A stretch of DNA of 64,000 bases from Lingula anatina (taxonomy: Eukaryota; Animalia; Brachiopoda): positions 34,354,401 to 34,418,400 of the forward strand of contig CM120641.1 of the NCBI GenBank assembly GCA_051362555.1. The letters are read 5' to 3'. Made by a program: the position numbers and the translations under genes. Below, piece after piece: positions 52,123 to 64,000 of the stretch; within the stretch, counting starts at the first letter, position 1, and every line of letters begins with the position of its first letter. Below the pieces are notes generated by a model that was not told the DNA's origin, made no database searches, and saw nothing but the letters and a program-made list of their open reading frames with translations.

Positions 52123-53019
52123 TACTCTGGACTTCAAGTCATATTATCCCATTAAGATGGTATAGAAAAATTATGGAAGATATGATCATGGAATATCTGA
52201 GAAAAGGATTTCTATAAAATTTAAATAATAAGCATGTCCTGTCCATGGCCTTAAATGACAGGTTTTGAAATGGCTTTTTTCCCAGTCTCCAAAGATGACT
52301 TTTAGTATACTGGCATAGGATCTCTGGTCCAATTTTTAGTTATTTTTCAATGGATTTACAATGCCCTTTACAAAAAAGTGTAAATTTCACATATGGTGTC
52401 AGTTATGTTTAAGCTATCATCGCTATTTACTTTCTTATTCTGTCGACTCCTGTAGAGGAAATAAAAGTGACCGAATTTCCTTTTCTAAAATTTGCAAAAT
52501 GTCCAGGTAGTGATTTCTTAACTTGTTCATTCTGTGTGTAAATGACACGGTTGCAAAGAATATTTTTATGGATAAATTTGTAAATATGTATATAACATCC
52601 AATATCAAATTATATTTTTTTAAGAAATAAATTTGTACAAAAACACTTCATTGTAAACATTTTATTATTATTATTATCATTTGTGTGTTTTTACAAAGTC
52701 TCGTTTTGAGTGTTCCAAGTTGATCATCCTCAAGTGACATCCATTTCCTAAAAAATGGCACATTGAGAGTTGTCTCTGGATCTAGCAGCAACATTACAGT
52801 CCAAGTTTAGCATACTTCTTTCAGAAAATCTGTAATGGTGGTATGCATCAAGTGAACAGAAACAAAGGGTTGCACAACATTTCTTCGTTCACTGGCCCAA
52901 AAGAAGTGATGAAAAAGTACTTTATCAAACTACTGACTGCCAGCCTTTCTGTCAAGTATTGGTACTTTGCTTCTTCTTTGCTTCCTCCTGATGATTGTGG
53001 AAGAGCATTTGTATCCTTC

Positions 53020-56000
53020 TCACACCCAACTTTTCCTTCTAAAACTTCCAACATTTCCAGCCTGCCACTTTTGGTTCAGAGGACCTGGTTTATGCATGAA
53101 ATGCAGAAGTCTCTCCTCAATTTTTTCAACAGCTCTTAAAGTTAGGACCAAAGTTTCATGTTTCAGCATACTGTACACATTCAAACCTGGAAATAATGAT
53201 GTTAGAATTTTTTGAATCGACAAGCATTATTAAATAAGCATAGATTAGGACCTTATATCCAGGAATTTTAATTCTTATAAAACTTTACAGATAAGTTGTC
53301 ACTAAACAAAACTGACCAACGAGTCGTCTTTCCTAATTTCTTTTAACCAGTTACAGAAAATGAGATCTTTTATCAATGGAACAATATCAGATGAGAGTTA
53401 GAGAAGGCACCTTATTACTGAGAAAACAATTACTGACTTGAGCTGTCAGTCAATATATAGTTTTGTAGACCTCACAAAACTGAAAAGTGACATTAACCTC
53501 ATCAGTCTCTCAGTCTACATCACTTTTCTGAGGTTTGCAAAACATTATTACCTCAGCCAAAGCCTATAATTGTAAAGTAAAGCTATAACCTTTAAAATAT
53601 TTTCATTTCAAAAATCAGAGAGTTGACACTTACCACTATGTCACCTTAATGTGTTGCTCTAGATCTACCACACAAATATAAGGACACAAGGTAATATAGA
53701 AAATATGATTAAAAAACACTGGAACTTACCATAGACTGGCATAACATTAAAATGGCCAATTGGGTCTGTTGCAAGAATTATGTTTTCTGGCATGATGTCA
53801 TCACTAAAATATTAATAAAGAGCAGAAAGACCGATGATATTCAATCTTTTTGAACAGATTAGTACACCACATTGGCTCTGAAGGCTGCTACCAGAACATA
53901 ATCTATATAAGGTCCAATCACACATTATTAAGTTCCAGACAACTAGTGAAAAAAGCTTGCACAAAGTCATATGATAAACTTAAGTGCTTCAAGGACAATA
54001 CCCATTCTACAAATAATGGCAACTTACTCATCCACAAAAAGTACTGACAATCCCCAGTTTCTGTGTTCTATCAGCTCCTGCAGGTACTAAAATGGAAAAA
54101 AAGACAAATTCTTAGTGTTTCACTAAAAACTGGAATGGCAGCCACAGTGAGGACTGTCATTACTAGAATCTAAAATTCAGAACTTGGTACTAAGTTGATG
54201 GCAATTGTATTACAAATTGTATTACTTAAAGGTAATTTGTCCAAATATAAGCTTACATTTCACTGCTTTTTCAATAAATTATCAATTCGAAATATTTTTA
54301 AACAATCTACAAACTAAGAAATATACTCCGGTATTTAAAAACAAATCCTAGTGAATTGTAATAAATATTACCTCTGGATCATCTTGTGGAATATCAAGAG
54401 AATCTACTATGTGAAGGTTGTCCTAAAATAATAGTAAGTATTATTTAAAAAGTGCAAACTTAATTGCAGATACAATGATAAATGCGAAATCAAACTTTTC
54501 ATTATCACTATTCATATGATGTGTGTCATGAAATAAGAGATGTTGCAAAATGTCAACATTATGAATGCCAATTAAAAGAAAATACATATGTTAAATAAAG
54601 CACAAAAAAGGGAATGCACTCTCTTTAGTTTTCCAGCACCAGCATTTGACAAAAACTCCAAAAATTGTGAATTACACCATCAGTGAGAAAACTCTGAAGT
54701 ATGCCCTTTCATTCAAGGCACATGCATATGCTGGTTTAACCTAGGACATATGGTTTTGCGTGACCCAGGTTTAATACATAATAAATCCTGTATCTACCTG
54801 AGCATATTTGCAGGTGAGAGTAGCTCTTAGCCCCATCACTCTCTTCCCAGTAGGTAGCATAAAGAAATAACTTCTTGGACCTCTAGGACCCTTTGCTACT
54901 CCACCTTGAAAATAAAATTACCAAAATCTTTAGAAATATAATATTTCAATTAATATATCTATCATTAACTATGGAAATATCAGTGGGAAGTGTAGACTAG
55001 TAGGGTCCAATGGTTATGATAATGAGCTATCAATAATCTTTACCCACCGTACAAAAGGTCTGTGCAGTAGAGCAGTGTTTAATATCTTTTTAAAAACCAA
55101 AAGACTTAATAGAAATGAGCAGACTGTCAATTTATAATACCATATATATTAACCCTCATCCACAAGGAAATGGAACCCTACGTAAACCCTGAAACCAGGC
55201 CTCAGAGGCCCGGTGTACCATGAAAATCTGACCCCATCAAAAAACATTCAAAAATCTAATTTAATTTGAGTAAATGACTATGATCTTGTAGTATGCATAA
55301 TGGAGGACACATTGGCACTTTTTGTTAGTTTGCAGGTGAAAATTTTCATGAAAAAATTAAAAAAATTAAAGATTTGTATTTTACCACCCAAGGACTCCCC
55401 TATGAAAAAGCTATTTATTTGACATTTGATGACCATTTCAACATCTTTTCTTCGAGGATACTTTATGAGGAATATATTGAAAGTACTTGAAAGTTTAATG
55501 GTTAAAAAATTGGGTGAATATAAATAATAATAATAAAAAACACATTAAAAAATAAGAAAAATTAAAGATTTATATTCGAACACCCAATGACCCCCCTATG
55601 AAAAAGCTATTTATTTGATGAACATTCTGACATCTTTTCTTTGAGGATACTTTATGAGGAATATATTGAAAGTACTTGAAAGTTTGATGGTTAAAAAATT
55701 GGGTGAAAAAAATAATAAAAAACACATGAAAAATAAGAAAAATTAAAGATTTGTATTCTAACACCCAATGACTCCCCTACGAAAAGGCTATCTATTTGAT
55801 ATTTGATGATCATTCTGACATCTTTTCTTTAAGGATACTTAATGAAGAATATATTGGAAATATTTGAAAGTTTGAATGGTAAAATACTGGGTATGCTATA
55901 TTAGAAGAATTCAGTAAAAAGGCGATGGGGCCAATTTCTTGAGTTAAAAATGTAGCATTTTGACATGGAAGTGCAAAACCTACAGGTAGTAAGAAGAATA

Positions 56001-58842
56001 CTTGTTTTAAAAATATTCACCAAAATTTTCACCACCAAACTTTCAAATAATAACAAAATGTACATCTCTGTGCAAACTATGTAGAAAACAATGGTATGGT
56101 GACTGAATATAAAATAGGTCCTTTTCTTTATGGGAATCCAAATCTCATGGGTATAAAAATGAAGATTTTCATGATTTATTTTTCATTCTTTCACTCACTA
56201 TTTTATCATCAAACTTTTAAATATTTCTAATATATTTTTCATAAAGTATCCTAATAGAAAAGATGTCAGAATGATCATCAAATATCAAATAAATAGCTTT
56301 TTCATAGGGGAGTTATTGGGTGATAAAATGCACATTTTAAATTTTCTATTTTTCATGTTTTTTTTTAGTTTTTTCACCCAATAGTTTACCATCAAACTTT
56401 CAAATATTTCCAATATAATCTTCATAAAGTAAATTTAAAGGAAAGATGTAGAAATGATCATCCAATATCAAATAAATAGCTTTTTCAAAGGGGAGACAAT
56501 GGGCGGTTAAGTGCACATTTTTAATTTTCATATTTTTTTCATGAAAATATTCACCTGCAAACTTAAAAAAAAAAAAAAAGTGCCAAAGTATCCTCCATTT
56601 TACATACTACAATATCACAGTCATATACTCAAATAAAATAAGATTTATGAACATTTGTGGTGGGGGAGTCAAATTTTCATGGGGATTCAGATTTTCATTA
56701 TGAAAATCTGACTGGGGGAGTCAGATTTTCATGTTACACCAGTCCCTTGCTCCCTTTACCTCCACCTGGGTGCATGAGTATACACTGTGTATGGAAAATG
56801 CAGAAAAACATTTTTTTTCTCAAAATGGAAAGTTTTGCAAAGGTAGCGCAGTCTATCAGGTATGTAATAATGATAGATTTAAACTGATATCTGCATATCA
56901 GGTGACCGATTACTCATAAATAATAATTTCTCCAGGTCTTGAATCTTTCACAGGCAGATTTCATTGACCATACTGATAGTCATAGCACACATGATATTGC
57001 TTGTGTAAAACATTTTATAGCAAAGCTATTTGAGGTAACATGGACTTATTTATCCCATGTGGAAGTAAAATTATCAAGCGACCGGGCCTAAGAGGCCCGG
57101 TTTACAGGAAATGGGACTAACTTTTGGAAAAGTTAATTTCTACATATGTTGTAAATTATTTCAAAACTAATTATTTATCCACTGATGGGGTATAAGTTGC
57201 TTGAGGATTACATGAAAGGAACAGGCTCAAAACCTCATGCGAACGAAGAGAGAGCAAAAGATACATGGGTCCGGGCCTGCGAGGCCCCTGAAAGGTGATT
57301 GAGGGTTAATCAAGTTAACTTTCATCTGATAGCAGCCCATTGCTTCAAAATGACAAAAAAACATTTAATTTTGTAAATGTGGTTATGTTCCAATTAGAAA
57401 CATGGCACATACACATGACCTAATAAACCAACTTGAAAATATATTGCTACATGTGGAATAATTGACGCAACTATGCCTCACTACAACACTAAGGATGAGA
57501 TAAAAGACAATTGACGCTTAAAATGTTACGTTTGTGTGTACGACTGGGTTCCCACAGATTTAGATTGATCCATCTGGATCAACCTAACTCCCTGGGGGTT
57601 CACGCTAAATTGCTGTCAGCTTCTGGGAGCCCAGCGCACACAAAAGTTAATTAGTAGGCAGGTCAGACATTTAAGCTGGCTAAGCTGACAGCAATCTAGT
57701 GAGACTACCCAGGGGGATAGATCGATCTAAATATCTGTGGGAATGGTCTCTATGTGCGAGTGTTTGCGCGTGTACTACCTCCCTTCCAAAGGGGCGATCG
57801 CCTATGGCCATGACGTGCTTTATTTTGTCCTTTCTGTGGCCAAGGTTTCTTTTTTGACCCCTGTACCTCTGCTCTTGTTTTGGTAGTGGCATAATCCTGT
57901 AAAAGATTTAATATGAATCCAAGGGAGCTTCAAAGCAAAAATACTGCAGTAACCATCTCTAAGTGGTATGCAAAGTATGTTTTCATGAAATTGTTACTTC
58001 ATGTTTTTCATTTACCAAATTACAAGGTGTATTTAAGGTCTTTGTTTGAAGGTTGTAATACTTGTATTTTTGAATGGTACTTGTTGAAATTATATATACT
58101 TTCACAACTGACTGAGATTGCTGGATTGAAATTCCACTTATGAACACTTACCTAACAAACCATTCTATGCAACATGCCATAAAATACCTGTAGGTGCACA
58201 CTGAATTTTTTTTTCTTTTTTGGTTGAAGATAAATTTTAAAATAAACTTCTGCCAAACCATTTTTAAAGATTTAAATTAAGTTAAATAAATTTATTTTAA
58301 ATCTATTTATTTATCTACTTATTCAATTTTTAAAGTCCAATGTTTAATTATCAATTTCAACAGAATCCAGTTCATAATTGATTTTTGAAAATGCAGTGAT
58401 AAATAGGAATGAAAACTTATTTGTATTAACATGATTCCAGTTGATGAAATCCTTTGACTAGTTGGGAAATGGTCTACCAAAGCTGGATGAAGCATCTCCT
58501 GTTGCATTTTATATAATATACATACACCAAAACCTGTTTTTGCCAAATTGAAGATCCCTTTGTTTTTCAATTTTCCTTTAAAAACTGGACTTCCAGCAGC
58601 AGAAGGCAAATTATTCTTCGACCATGACATCCATATACTTACTATTCTCCTGTATGTTTGCTGCCATAAAACATTATTGTGAATTATATCTAGTCTGAAA
58701 AAAAGTAAAACAGAAAAATAAGATAACATACAACATATTTAACTAACATCTTTTCAATATTTGAGAGTGATTCTAGAAGTCTAATTATTGTACACAAATA
58801 ATGATCTGCTGATTAGCATACTTACAAATATTTATGCCAACA

Positions 58843-58894
<52 letters not shown>

Positions 58895-61800
58895 TTACCT
58901 TGGAAATGTTGCAAATATGTCAGGATGCAAGTTGATAATTCCTAACTTCTTGTTTTCTATCTGCCCCAGTGTCTCCAACCATGCTAAACGTGGCTTGATG
59001 TAAGGGTTGGGATGTTTAATCTCCCTCTCTGTCATTAGAGGTAGAGACAATCTACCTGTTCCTTCTTCTGGAGTTGAAAAGACAGCAAGCACATTTAAAT
59101 ATAATATTTATTCAATGCTTTATCAAACTTAATACAATTTGCTACCAGCCTGTAAGCCTCATAAAGGGTTCTGGCAGGGCAAAAAATAGATGCTCAGGTC
59201 CATAAATCAAACTAAATACAATTATAATATGAAGGCAAAATTCTTCTTAGTTTTCTTGTGATGAATCTTGGGTACATTTAACTCCAAGCCCTTTTCACAT
59301 CAATATTTACTTAGACCCATGCTTCTTATTTATAGATTTACTGCTTTTTTTTCATTTTAATAATAGTAAGATGTAAGCATGAGGGGATGGCTCAGACTTC
59401 AAAATGGCATTCCTCTGTAAAATGGGCAAAAAACAATTTAAAAAAATATTTACTTAGACCCAGTCCACTCTTTGTAATCCTAACAAGTAGATAGCATTTT
59501 CATTTCTGAATCAGGGGACAGGGGGATTACTTTTGGAAGTTCTCCACTAGTTTGCTTTCAAGGTGTTTTGTTTAGTGAAGAAAAATTTATTATGTTGAGT
59601 AAGAGGGCTCCATTTAGGTGACAGGTAGGTTATCAAGTTCTCAAGATTTTTCTTAAAGTGGACCGGTGTAACATAAAAATCTGACTCCCATGAAAATCTG
59701 ACTCCCCCACTCAAATTAAAAGGGATTTATGAATGTTTTTTTTGGGGGGAGTCAAAATTTCATAGGGGATCACATTTTCATTATGAAAATCTGACTGGGG
59801 AGTCACATTTTCATAATGAAAATCTGACTGGGGAGTCACATTTTAGGGGAGTCAGATTTTCATGGTACACCTGTATATATTAGAGTATTGCCTGGTGTTA
59901 ACTGAATACTTTCTCTTCAGGGAAAAAAAAACATTAAAAATTTTTATTCCATCCAATACTTTACCTCCAAGCACATTATCACCAGCTGGCTGGGACTCTT
60001 GGTTCAATGTACTAAGGGTTCTAGAAAACTGAAAGAGAAAACAAAATCTCTAGATGTCTTTTCTCACCAATAATATAATTTCTTGTATAATAGTATTATG
60101 GCATCAACTTTCATTTCAAATTTGATTTTAATTAAAAGCCCAACCTGGTAAGCCAGTATGAGGTCTAAGTGAGAGCTTAATGATTATTTTATCATTTCAT
60201 TTATATAATTACATATTGTTTATTGTCTTTATCTACATACTTCATTTTCAGACTAAGGGACTATTCCCACAGATATCTGGACCGATCTATCTCCATGGGG
60301 AGTCTTACTAAATTCATATCAAATGCAACTTAACCAGCTTAAACATCTGTCACGCCTAGTAAAGCTGTTAGGGGTAATTATCTTTAGCCCCTAGCTGATT
60401 CGGTAGGCATGACAGACATTTAAGCCAGTTCAGTTGATCTAGCAATTTTGTGAGACTCCCCAGGGAGTTAAACCAATCCATACTGATCGATCTAGGCATA
60501 GGAACCCAGTCTAAGAGACCACTCCCAGAGACCATCGTACTAACTTAAATTTGGATCGAACTATCTCTAAGGGGATTCCCGTTTAATTGCAATTAACTTG
60601 GGCGGCTTAGATGTCTGTCACGCTACTGAAGCTGACAGGGGGTAATTAACTATCGTTTAGTAGGTGTACCACACGTCTAAGCCACTTGAGCTGTAAGCGA
60701 TTTAGCGAGAGACCGGCCCGTGGAGATGGACCGATCCTGTCAGATCGATCCAGGGATGGGAACCAAGTGACAGTCTATCGAAGACACCCTTATTTGAGCA
60801 AACGAAACAAAAAATCTCATATAAATCATGACACTGTTAGTGCTTCATTTGCCTCAGTTTTCGATCTTACATGCTTAGTACTTATACTTTACTGAGGCAA
60901 GTGCTACAATGCTTACTACTCATAGGGACAGTCGGTCATCCGGGCACTTTACCTTAGCAACCGGCATCTGGGGTAAAACAAATCGGGCAACATGGCGGAT
61001 CGCATTGACTTCTATGTAAAAGTTGGCAGACTTTGTCGGAAGATATCATACTTCACAGTTTCTGACCACTTGTGTCAGTGAAGTTGAGTTATTCACCTGG
61101 TCGATTTCCTTTACAGGCTTTTGTAATCAGCCGCTGCACACCTGGTTAAGAGATAAAATCGGCCTTAACTGCCGATCGTTATCTGTGATCGGGAATCTTA
61201 CAGTGGTAGATTGCAAAGACTCATTTGCTTACCTGGATGAGCATAATATTCACATCTCTTTGAAAAGAAAACCATATGGAAGCAACTGATATTATCAAGG
61301 AAGGTTTCAATGGTACTAATAACTGTTGACGTTGCATATTGCTGACACATACGAGTAGATTTTTCAGGCCTACTGAATTGCACAGGTACCGTTTAACTCT
61401 CAGGCACGTACAAAAGTTAAATGGTGGAAGCTTGCTGTGTACCAGGTGACACTACCAACACATTGATAAAATCTAATTGGATTTGTTAAATTTCAAAGAT
61501 CAACGGAAAAGTAAACGACTGTTGCAGGCTATAGATTGTGCAGACGTGACTAAAGACGGGATTGTTGATCGAAACAAGATTTGGTCATACTAGAAGCTAT
61601 ACATGCACTACGAGATTTGTGTATGTGTGTATAGTTCATTTTATTATAGATAAGGAGAAAATCATTGTACCTTGTTTGGTATTTATGTTTGTCATTTGTT
61701 ACAGAAATTAATTAGTAATATTTACAAGAAATTGAGATTGCATCTTGTTTTGGCATGTGTGACGGTATATCAATTCTTTTAGTTAAAATTAATGGACTCT

Positions 61801-63053
61801 AACGTCGAAATTTTTTGCTGTAAGTTAATTGAGTTTAAAGATAAGAAAAAATATGTACGTCAATATATTGACAAACCTGTGAGTTAATGTCTAAATCATT
61901 AAGTTATCAAGTAAAATAAAAAAAGTTGCCATAAATAAAGCGACCTTAACTGGTAAAATAACATACAGCTTTATTACCGTGTTTGTTATTCAATTTAATT
62001 TTAACCTTGCACGTTTTGAAACTTAGCGTTCTGTCTTCCATGATATTTCGCCAATTTTCGTACCAGAAAAGTGCACAATAATTATAAGATTGTAAACACT
62101 CATAGACGCGTAGCTGCCAATATTAATACAGGAAACACCACGTGTCTTCTCTTCCAAAAAGTTAGCAAGCAACTGTTTATGCTGCCCTCCCAGGCTTGCA
62201 TTAATATTCATGTACTGAGTACTGTATACAGACCAAAGAGGCCATGGGACCGATGACATTGCCCCTATCCCGTTCCCCTGGCTATTGCAGCAGCAGGTGA
62301 TTTAATCACAATTTGTAGAAATCTTATTCTAATAACTTCTCAGTGTTGCACATTTTCTAGGCCTTTCTTACGATCCAAGTTCTAAGAAGCCATTCCTATT
62401 TCACCAACTTATGTACATGTATATACTTAGGGTGGACATTTGCGTATGCAGTTAAGACCAATTTTATCCCGTAACAAGTTAAACAGTAGCTTATTACAAA
62501 GGCCTGCTAACTCATTAGTCCAGGTAAATGATTCAACCCGCCAGACACAAAAGGTCAAGCACTGCCTTTTCAAAATCTTCTGCTGTAAAATTCCCGATCA
62601 CAGATAACGATCGGCAGTTATATAAAGGCCGATTTTATCTCTTAACCAGGTGAGCAGCGGCTAATTACAAAAGCCTGTAAAGGAAATCGACCAGGTAAAT
62701 AACTCATCCTCACTGACACAAGTGGTCAGGCACTGTGGAGTATGATATCTTCGGACAAAGTCTGCCAACTTTTACATAGAAGTCAATGCGATCCACCATG
62801 TTGCCCGATTTGTTTTACCCCAGATGCCGGTTGCTAAGGCGCGTGACGTCAGCCCGACTGTCCCTATATGTACTAAATGTACTAGTTGCCGTTTTAAATC
62901 TTTTGGACCGATTACTCGGTCTGCATACTTCTCCTGAACCTAACACACCCTTAAAATAGCATTATTACTTACCCGTAGGGAAATATGGGGTCTTGTTGTA
63001 TTTCCAATATCTCTGACAAAGAGACTTAGAAGTCGATTAACACTCGGTAGCAT
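53020..63053 (-). CDS. MRPL4: Mitochondrial large-subunit ribosomal protein uL4m, ~313 aa, 10 coding exons
   Basis: Exons 63053-62973, 60028-59965, 59067-58899, 58694-58643, 57896-57779, 54904-54798, 54422-54372, 54086-54028, 53803-53730, 53186-53020 (942 nt, in frame). Arg-rich presequence [14 protein letters not shown]...; motifs [76 protein letters not shown]. Confidence 0.95.
55153..57305. mobile_element. Non-autonomous piggyBac-like element in an MRPL4 intron
   Basis: TTAA|CCCTCATCCAC ... GTGATTGAGGG|TTAA (TTAA TSD, CCCT ends). Internal palindromic motif GGCCT-N3-AGGCCC at ~55198, ~57085 and ~57274. Confidence 0.8.
55214..56738. mobile_element. Ginger-like foldback element nested in the piggyBac-like element
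   Basis: Ends TGTACCATGAAAATCTGAC / GTCAGATTTTCATGTTACA, flanked by CCGG and CCAG. Long inverted arms contain ~180-195-bp tandem units (three on the left at ~55362-55890, about two inverted on the right at ~56200-56530). Confidence 0.75.
57542..57751. mobile_element. Imperfect-palindrome MITE family, copy 1 (reverse orientation)
   Basis: TTCCCACAGAT-TTAGAT.GATC ... GATCGATCTAAATATCTGTGGGAA; matches 60256-60512 in reverse complement. Confidence 0.7.
58846..58892. repeat. (CA)n microsatellite next to an MRPL4 splice donor
   Basis: Visible run; reads (TG)n on the transcript, starting about 6 nt into the intron after the exon end at 58899. Confidence 0.95.
59667..59869. mobile_element. 203-bp Ginger-like MITE, same family as 55214-56738
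   Basis: CCGG|TGTAACATAAAAATCTGACTCCC ... GGGAGTCAGATTTTCATGGTACA|CCTG, with repeated ATGAAAATCTGACT subterminal units. Confidence 0.75.
60250..60776. mobile_element. Imperfect-palindrome MITE family, two tandem copies (~60250-60512 and ~60513-60776)
   Basis: Both begin AG(G/A)GAC.A.TCCCA.AGA, contain GCTTA.A..TCTGTCACGC, and end GATCGATC.AGG.AT.GGAACC.AGT. Confidence 0.65.
60924..62865. mobile_element. ~1.94-kb non-autonomous DNA transposon with ~290-bp TIRs in MRPL4 intron 1 (ISL2EU-like ends, tentative)
   Basis: 60924-~61215 is the reverse complement of ~62570-62865 at high identity (e.g. CCTTAGCAACCGGCATCTGGGGTAAAACAAATCGGGCAACATGG). Termini AT|AGGGACAGTCGG ... CCGACTGTCCCT|AT. Confidence 0.85.
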
Positions 63054-63975
63054 GTCTGCGATGGCGAACTGTCTCAAAACACATTGCTATCAGTCACAAC
63101 AGTTAGTTTCTGAAATAAAACAATTATGATATTCAGCATATCTTCCCTCTTAAATAAATAATTAACATAACTAAATATTGAATTATTTTAAAAATAGGTA
63201 AAATATTGGTAACATTTTAAAAAATAGTATATTTTTCAATAATATTTATTCGAAACTACACAGGTAGTATACCGGCATAAAACAACAAAGCCTGTCACCG
63301 GCTCGTGTATCACGTTTTGGCACAAAACAAGCGGTTTTAATACATGGTCAACACCTTGGTCAACACAGGGGCTACTAGTAAGAGCCTGGGTGAAATAAGA
63401 GAAGATGTTTTACCACGTAAGCGATCCTAGTGCCTTTTAGTTTTAAATGTATTTTTCTTAACTGGCAGTGTTGCATTGCGCGTAAACTTACTAAAACTTA
63501 AAGTAATAGTAAAGACCGACTAAAAGTTGCTACTACTCACCTAATCGGCTTATGAAGTTAAAAAATTTAAATATTTGATAATTTATTCAAGTTGTGGTAG
63601 GGGACGCGACTATGATACTAGATTTTAATATATATAGAATATAGGAATATAAAAGGTACAGGTAAAGAAAGATTTAAAATTTATCCACAGTTTCTGTTTC
63701 CACTCCTCTTCAGAATGTCTGAAATTTTCTCTTTACCTCTCACATGAGGTGGTAGTCTTGGCAAGACTGAGCACAGTTTTAATCTTGTAGCTTAGCTAGT
63801 TTATTTTATCTTGTCACCTAGAATTTAATAGTTTATATGTCCATACATTCAGATCTCAATCTCATGTCACTTCACATGGTAACTTCAGGCGTCATTGACC
63901 ATGGTTACCAATTAATTGACTGACATACCTGCTAACAAAGTTTAATGTTTCTCCCATTTCAGGTTTCTTTAGAAC

Positions 63976-63997
63976 ATGAAATTTTGCTCCACCCGAG
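63976..63997 (+). CDS. THNSL2: Probable first coding exon of threonine synthase-like 2; gene continues off the right edge
   Basis: Acceptor TTTCTCCCATTTCAG| before 63963, then ATG AAA TTT TGC TCC ACC CGA G|GTA = MKFCSTR(G), matching the M-x-Y/F-x-STRG N-terminus of threonine synthases. Only 7 codons are visible. Confidence 0.55.
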
Positions 63998-64000
63998 GTA

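Noticed and set aside
55362-56530. Regularly spaced repeats as a CRISPR-like array
   Set aside because: These are ~190-bp tandem units without unique spacers, inside a eukaryotic transposon, with no cas genes.
58319-58729. 136-aa minus-strand ORF
   Set aside because: It contains the 52-nt MRPL4 exon 58694-58643; the rest is intron read-through.

Overview
AT-rich, intron-rich animal genomic DNA. CpG-poor gene bodies and CpG-retaining promoters suggest a lophotrochozoan-like invertebrate (inference). Genes reconstructed by hand from GT-AG splice sites and frame continuity: the first coding exon of a heparan sulfate N-deacetylase/N-sulfotransferase (NDST, minus, runs off the left edge); a complete MAP3K2/3 (MEKK2/3; PB1 + kinase, plus, about 638 aa); SLC35F5 (minus, about 446 aa); HYLS1 (plus, about 344 aa); MRPL4 (minus, about 313 aa); and probably the first coding exon of THNSL2 at the right edge. 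The most unusual object is a 3,891-bp element (9462-13352) with perfect 31-bp TIRs (CAAGG...CCTTG) and a 7-bp TSD, i.e. P-element-like ends. It has no visible transposase. Instead it carries two convergent small genes of unknown family, each downstream of a GC box next to a TIR, and both are interrupted by in-frame TGA codons. The MRPL4 introns hold several non-autonomous DNA transposons: a piggyBac-like element with a nested Ginger-like foldback element, a short Ginger-like copy, an element with about 290-bp TIRs, and a palindromic MITE family. No rRNA, tRNA or CRISPR array was seen. All family assignments come from recalled motifs, not from database searches.
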